From a virus: a DNA stretch of 64,000 bases. The stretch covers positions 1 to 64,000 of IMG/VR virus record IMGVR_UViG_3300034061_001913, one strand, 5' to 3'. The position numbers and the translations under genes were made by a program. The notes under the pieces were generated by a model. The model was not told the DNA's origin, ran no database searches, and saw only the letters and a list, made by a program, of their open reading frames with translations. Numbering within the stretch: the first letter of the stretch is position 1; each line of letters starts with the position of its first letter. This document shows, piece after piece, positions 59,901 through 64,000 of the stretch.

Positions 59901-62900
59901 CTTTTCTTCCTTGCTTTTGATATATGTTAAGTGTCTTAGCAATGTGTTGTTTAAGTTTTTCAGCTTCTTCTGCTGCATCTTCTCCTGGAAAAAACTGTTC
60001 TCTAAGAGTCTTGTCAAATACCATAGCAGCTAAAGCTTCTGCTTCTAGCTCATCTACTTTGTCGTTCATCAAAACAACTGGGCTATCATTAACTACAATA
60101 AAGGTTTGTCCAGGAACACCTGCTATAGTTTCATTGCCTAGTTTTTGTTTTGCATTCTTTAAAACCTGTATGTTCTCTTCTGTTACTTCTAGTCCACTTT
60201 CTTGTAAAGGAACTAGAGTTTCTGTTGCAGTTATAAAAGTTCCCTGAGTAATTCTGCTGATAGGGAAGTCTTCTGAATGGGTAGGATCTGTTTTAATTTT
60301 TTTGGCTAATTTTACAACAGCCTCTTTTATAGGAACAAATTGTTGAAGTTCTGCTACTCTTTCACCTAAGATGTTTTCCCAATAAGGAAGTCGCTTAGTG
60401 TCTTCTTTTTCTAGAATCTGAGGATCGCTATCTATGTTAGTATAGAAGGGATAACCGTCAAACGATTGTATAGCTCCTGCAGAGTTAACAATTGTTAAGA
60501 TTGGGTCCGAAAGATTGGCTCCATTCCTTTCTACCATATACAATAACTCTGGAAGGTTTCTTCCGGAGCTAAGAGTTTGTTCAAAGAAGTCTTCTCCAAA
60601 GAAGTCGTTTAGTTGTTTAAGCATAGGAGCAATCTGCTCTGCTTTTTTTGCTGGAGAACCTTTAATTGCTTTGTAAGCTTCATGAGCTTCATTAAGTAAG
60701 TTTACAAAGTCTTGGAAGTCTAAACCTTGGTTGGCAGCAAGCTGTTGTAGGAAGTTTAGCCTAGAAGTGATTCTTACTTTAAATGTACTGTAATCTTGTT
60801 GAACAAGAAACCTTAAAATGTTTGCATTTCTTTGAATCGCAGGATCTTTGGAAAGTTCGTTATTCTCAGGCACTTCAAAACCATAAGTAGAAGAAGGTAT
60901 CTGCAATTGTATTACAGCATTCTGTCTTTCTACTAACGCTTTCTCTTTTGGAGTTGCTTCTGCATTGGCTTGTTGTTGTAGTGGGGTTTGCGGAGGAGCA
61001 TCTTCTAATGTTAGTTTAGAAGATTTTTTTGGAGACGGAGCTTCTTCTTCCTCTGTTTTTGGTTGAATGCTTTTTCTCTTTTTATTAACTAGAAAGAACT
61101 TTGCAGCATATTTGGCCAAATCAAAAACACCAGTTATTTTATCTCTATACTGAGAAGGTACAGCATCTAATATAGCTTTACTTTCAGAAAGCATTTTATT
61201 AGAGTCATAAACTCCAGTTACAGTATTTGATATAAACTCTACTATCTTAGCCCAAATAACCGGGTCAGCTTTAATCTTAGCTAACTCTAACATGTCTTTT
61301 GTCTTCCTAATAAGTTTATTAGCAAAAGCTTCTTTAGATAAAGTGCTAGTTTTGTCGTTTGTCTTATTGTGTTTTTCAAAAAGGTTTGCAATAAACGTAT
61401 CGTCGAATTTACCATCCTCACCTACATTTTGTCTAGTCTCTAAACCTTTCTGTTCTTCTGGAGTAAAAGCATCCCTTTCCTGGTCCTCTGTTTCTACTTC
61501 AACTGGGGCTTCGCTAGCAGCAGCTTGTTGTTTTCTTTCTTCTACTCTTTTTCCTAATGCTTTTTCTTTTGCAGCATCAAAAGTTTCTTGACTAATCTCT
61601 GGCACAAGTACCTCTCCAGTCTGTGGATTTTGTAAAGTAAAGGCTTTTTTTAGAGTCTCTAATTCAAATAAAGAGTCAAGGTTGGTATCTGCAGCTTCTT
61701 TCAAGATTTCAACAAGAGCTTCCTCTTTTTGTTCTTGAGGCAATTGTACAAAGTCATAAATCTTTTGAACTCTATTCTGTTCATAGCTAGCCATTAATTG
61801 TGCATAGTCTTCTTCATTGACAAAATCTGCATTGGCTTTTAGGTTTTTAATTCTATTTTGGCTTTGAAATACAGAGTCACCAGAAACATCTTCTTCCAAA
61901 AGGTCTTCCGTAAATTTGTTTCTTCCGGTCTCAGGATTAATTGCTATCTCTTGACCTAGTTTTTCTTCCAAAGCCTGAATCAAAGCTTGTCTACCAGTTT
62001 GCTCTGTTTTGTATTTAGGAGGCATGGTTTTTACAAACTCTAACTGCTGCGTAATTTCTACTATACGGTCACTTATAACTTTAGGGTTACTTAGAGTTTG
62101 TACAGAATCAATTTGTTCTTGGAAAAGCTTTGCAACAGTTTTTTCCTTTTCCTCATCTGTCATATTAACAAACTGGTCAACTCTCTTCTTATTTTTTAAG
62201 ATGCTCTTGTCTACACTTTTAATCTCTTCTAAAAGGTCTTCTGGAGAGTTTTTAAAGTTGTCCTCTTTTAAGATACCTAGATCTACTAACTTTTTCTTTT
62301 CAGCCTGAGTAAACTCATGGGTAGAGACAAATGTAACATTCTTCATAGTCTCTAAATAAGCTTTTTCTTGTTGGTCCTCTTTAGTTAAAGTTTCTTGCTT
62401 AGATAGTTCTTCTAACCGTTCATTTGCTGACTCTTCAAAAAGTTTAATGAGTCTTGTATTTTTTAACGCTTTCTTTTGCTCATCGTTCAGTTCTTCATAG
62501 TTTATACTCTGTAGTTTGTTTTTGTACAAAACATCATGGAAGTATTTTTTCTGTGCATCTTTATCTGAGAGAAGAGTTCTTAAATCTTTTATGTTTGCAA
62601 ATTCTGGAATAGAATCTAAGATAGACTTAGCCTCTGCAACAACCTGCAAAGCTTGAGCTGCTTGTTCCGGAGTGTATTTCTTTTTATTAAGTAACTCTTT
62701 AATTTTAACTTTATAGTGGTCTGGGTTATTAGCCATATCCCACAAAGTCTCATGTTCAGGTCCTAATTTATTTCTAGCAGCAGCTTGCTGTATTCCTACC
62801 CCTAAAAGACTATAGGGAGCCATACCTGCTAAAGAGTCTAGAAAAGTTTGTACTACATCTGTTGGTGTAAACTCATCTTCTTTTTTATAACTTTCATCCC

Positions 62901-64000
62901 CAGACTTTATCATTTTCCCTAGAAGGTAGTTTCCATAAAGAGACATCTCTTCTTCTAAAGATTCAGTAATACTTTGAGTTGCAGCTAACTTTCCTACTCT
63001 AGCACTATTCAACATAAAGTTTGTAAGCTTTTGAGTTGTAGTTGCTCCAAGAGGAGTAAACATACTTAAAAGTCCTCTAGCTACAGATTGGTCAAATCTT
63101 GTAGCACTAAACATACCTACTTCAGGAGCACCTATAGCTTCTGTTAATCCTTCTACTACAGATCTACCAAAAGCACGTTTAGAAGCAACATCTCTGTCTT
63201 TAGTCCACCTAAGTTCATCTTGGTACATATTACTATAAACACTTCCGGTAACTAGACCAAAAGTACTTACTCTATCTGCAAGTCTTAGTCCATTCCAAGC
63301 ATTTACTGCATTCCATCGTTTTCCAAAAGAAGAAGCAAATTTTCCTGCAGTTCCTAAAAAACCAGCAGCTTTACTAGCTCTTGCTAACTTACCCCCAACA
63401 CCTTTAGTTACTGCATCAAGTATTAAGATAGGAGCCATTTGTCCTATTACTGCAGCAGAAAGTTCTGGAATAGCTCCAGAGTTAAAACCTAAACTACCAT
63501 CTTTTTTTGTATAAGTAAATTGGTTTGAAAGAATTAAGTTTCCATACTTATCAATGTCTAATGTGCCGTCTTTGTTTAAGTCTACTGGAACAGGACCATA
63601 TTTTATATCATTACCAAGATGCTGTGCGTCTGGTTCATATTCATAAAAAGGAGTATAATAACTAACTATAGAACGAAACCCTCTACCAATTTGTATCCTA
63701 AATTGAGCTATAGACCTTTCAAACTTGTTATAAGTATCAATGTCGTAATCTTTGTTGCTGTTAGATACTCTTTTGTTTATGTTATCTAAGGCAGTTTCAT
63801 AGTCTTTGATAGCTTCTACATTTCCAGTATCTGCTAGAGTCTTCATTTCTTTGTAGAAATAGTTAGCTATTCCATTTAAAGTTCTGTCCTCTAAACTTTT
63901 TGCAACAACTCTTTCAGACTCTGTAAGGTCTGCACCTGATAATATTTTTTCTCTGTCTTCTGGTTTTAATGTGTATATGTCTTCACCAGGTGAAGCATTC
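56971..64000 (-). CDS. giant virion cargo protein (5'-truncated by the window) with PD-(D/E)xK nuclease and ASCH-like domains
   Basis: frame stays open to the window edge; IAGAID...IVDFKTS; IKAGVKTTTVR. Confidence 0.8.
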   Translation of the reverse strand, partial: NASPGEDIYTLKPEDREKILSGADLTESERVVAKSLEDRTLNGIANYFYKEMKTLADTGNVEAIKDYETALDNINKRVSNSNKDYDIDTYNKFERSIAQFRIQIGRGFRSIVSYYTPFYEYEPDAQHLGNDIKYGPVPVDLNKDGTLDIDKYGNLILSNQFTYTKKDGSLGFNSGAIPELSAAVIGQMAPILILDAVTKGVGGKLARASKAAGFLGTAGKFASSFGKRWNAVNAWNGLRLADRVSTFGLVTGSVYSNMYQDELRWTKDRDVASKRAFGRSVVEGLTEAIGAPEVGMFSATRFDQSVARGLLSMFTPLGATTTQKLTNFMLNSARVGKLAATQSITESLEEEMSLYGNYLLGKMIKSGDESYKKEDEFTPTDVVQTFLDSLAGMAPYSLLGVGIQQAAARNKLGPEHETLWDMANNPDHYKVKIKELLNKKKYTPEQAAQALQVVAEAKSILDSIPEFANIKDLRTLLSDKDAQKKYFHDVLYKNKLQSINYEELNDEQKKALKNTRLIKLFEESANERLEELSKQETLTKEDQQEKAYLETMKNVTFVSTHEFTQAEKKKLVDLGILKEDNFKNSPEDLLEEIKSVDKSILKNKKRVDQFVNMTDEEKEKTVAKLFQEQIDSVQTLSNPKVISDRIVEITQQLEFVKTMPPKYKTEQTGRQALIQALEEKLGQEIAINPETGRNKFTEDLLEEDVSGDSVFQSQNRIKNLKANADFVNEEDYAQLMASYEQNRVQKIYDFVQLPQEQKEEALVEILKEAADTNLDSLFELETLKKAFTLQNPQTGEVLVPEISQETFDAAKEKALGKRVEERKQQAAASEAPVEVETEDQERDAFTPEEQKGLETRQNVGEDGKFDDTFIANLFEKHNKTNDKTSTLSKEAFANKLIRKTKDMLELAKIKADPVIWAKIVEFISNTVTGVYDSNKMLSESKAILDAVPSQYRDKITGVFDLAKYAAKFFLVNKKRKSIQPKTEEEEAPSPKKSSKLTLEDAPPQTPLQQQANAEATPKEKALVERQNAVIQLQIPSSTYGFEVPENNELSKDPAIQRNANILRFLVQQDYSTFKVRITSRLNFLQQLAANQGLDFQDFVNLLNEAHEAYKAIKGSPAKKAEQIAPMLKQLNDFFGEDFFEQTLSSGRNLPELLYMVERNGANLSDPILTIVNSAGAIQSFDGYPFYTNIDSDPQILEKEDTKRLPYWENILGERVAELQQFVPIKEAVVKLAKKIKTDPTHSEDFPISRITQGTFITATETLVPLQESGLEVTEENIQVLKNAKQKLGNETIAGVPGQTFIVVNDSPVVLMNDKVDELEAEALAAMVFDKTLREQFFPGEDAAEEAEKLKQHIAKTLNIYQKQGRKVVFAFDQETQELVPFIPGVSGSQLNQEQLTKLFKELYYNVSKGEVNSMVPRFSMQEGEVVKVKDQTYVDFVKSTNKVYMTGNTPGVRRNQRIIFDMGVSISKTKAAPQPKAKTGPQQTPAKKKGPAGKLSLKDAEEQLTEDQTDEALAILDSKRQAPGNQELLDKIAKNKKRAELVEEVDENGKEVSYYLIDGNRYERVSSEIDFGGDKESFATKRATTVGRAIDTILRDVFAGRTPTKPDLLSAAAFKFITNQATVIYNALKDNYIINTDEIILWDEDAKIAGAIDMLLINKETGEVDIVDFKTSKWYKKVKENILGYSSEANGYVSMAENPKSEHISQQNSYGVMFARQYGITPGLNIMYIKLSFKDEETFNVTSATILTENGQPALPIPVDKTLVIPSLQENAKPKLRTKQVVTLQPAEEAPAPVSTDAKAAIEERRQEELKNNNGSTVKNEVYSIPILRDNRAKVRGDIQRYVTREIVEKAYNNDDREGANYQTLDTLIRRGAYSIEELNDLLPNWKELLPSTEEINAKYDAELAALETVAPATESKVEIQMQPDNIKKIKAGVKTTTVRSAAQAKQINIPVGQSAIVNFDGQDFKVTNRGALTIEEAGGKDAIIKSEGVKSENDFMYKQTKDWVNGKGKLYVYDIVPVEAKPAETIVTDFNPTRIEESKRKEFAKKVIDTLGGIKEIKINVEETQIVTREGLKDAKPQHTFDVTFENGETTTIYPDGGSFTGLSKYLTDPGSDIRFFAGISYLIEQELAGKKSEPVEQKAASTSGSLVGLKYELGTITKETDTKVEVTTSFPSFLNKADQVKTYNKKEVLFNLGLKEYLENNKESIFKNTSVEAGIKLLASQFGNTPQAFEQAKESVISALYDMISTLYEGKDSFNRAPSQLKSKGIKDFVNALFTELNALEVAPTQEAEPELSQEEKENYSPLAASLTVQQIEAAEKQKNNCEKNAKNNQSRIRKKSNTI

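Noticed and set aside
39575-62308. Many short + strand ORFs opposite the cargo genes (and short - strand ORFs in 1-32 kb)
   Set aside because: Antisense shadows of long coding frames, with Ser/Phe/Leu-rich non-protein-like composition
1-64000. Stop-codon reassignment (known in some crAss-like phages)
   Set aside because: Giant ORFs are intact in code 11, and TAG and TGA end normally packed genes
1-64000. CRISPR array or diversity-generating retroelement
   Set aside because: No regularly spaced repeats, reverse transcriptase or adenine-specific TR/VR pair seen

Overview
This window is 64 kb of an AT-rich, Crassvirales-like (crAss-like) phage genome, probably infecting Bacteroidota (TAnnTTTG promoters, A-rich leaders without Shine-Dalgarno sites), using the standard genetic code. 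Positions 1-32150 (+ strand) hold early/accessory genes and then the replication module: SF2 helicase, DnaB-like helicase, AAA ATPase, primase, UDG, PolA and an exonuclease. Positions 32147-64000 (mostly - strand) hold holin, fibre genes, GroES, a phosphoesterase, an M15 endolysin and the giant virion cargo genes, including the DFDID-type virion RNA polymerase. Mobile elements are a group I intron with a LAGLIDADG gene in an M28-like peptidase, an HNH gene inserted in a tRNA-like element, and a GIY-YIG cassette that appears to have split a cargo gene. The most unusual signals are four. (1) By manual scan, the ~7,900 aa of cargo proteins carry cysteines only at their termini, in a head-to-tail pattern, and the GIY-YIG cassette supplies new Cys-bearing ends to the gene it split. 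(2) Integron attC-like gene cassettes lie at 5.6-6.9 kb. (3) A geometrically perfect cloverleaf RNA has non-canonical loops. (4) A polyvalent cargo protein combines nucleotidyltransferase, 2H phosphoesterase and ART-like domains. All family assignments come from motif recognition by eye; no searches were run.
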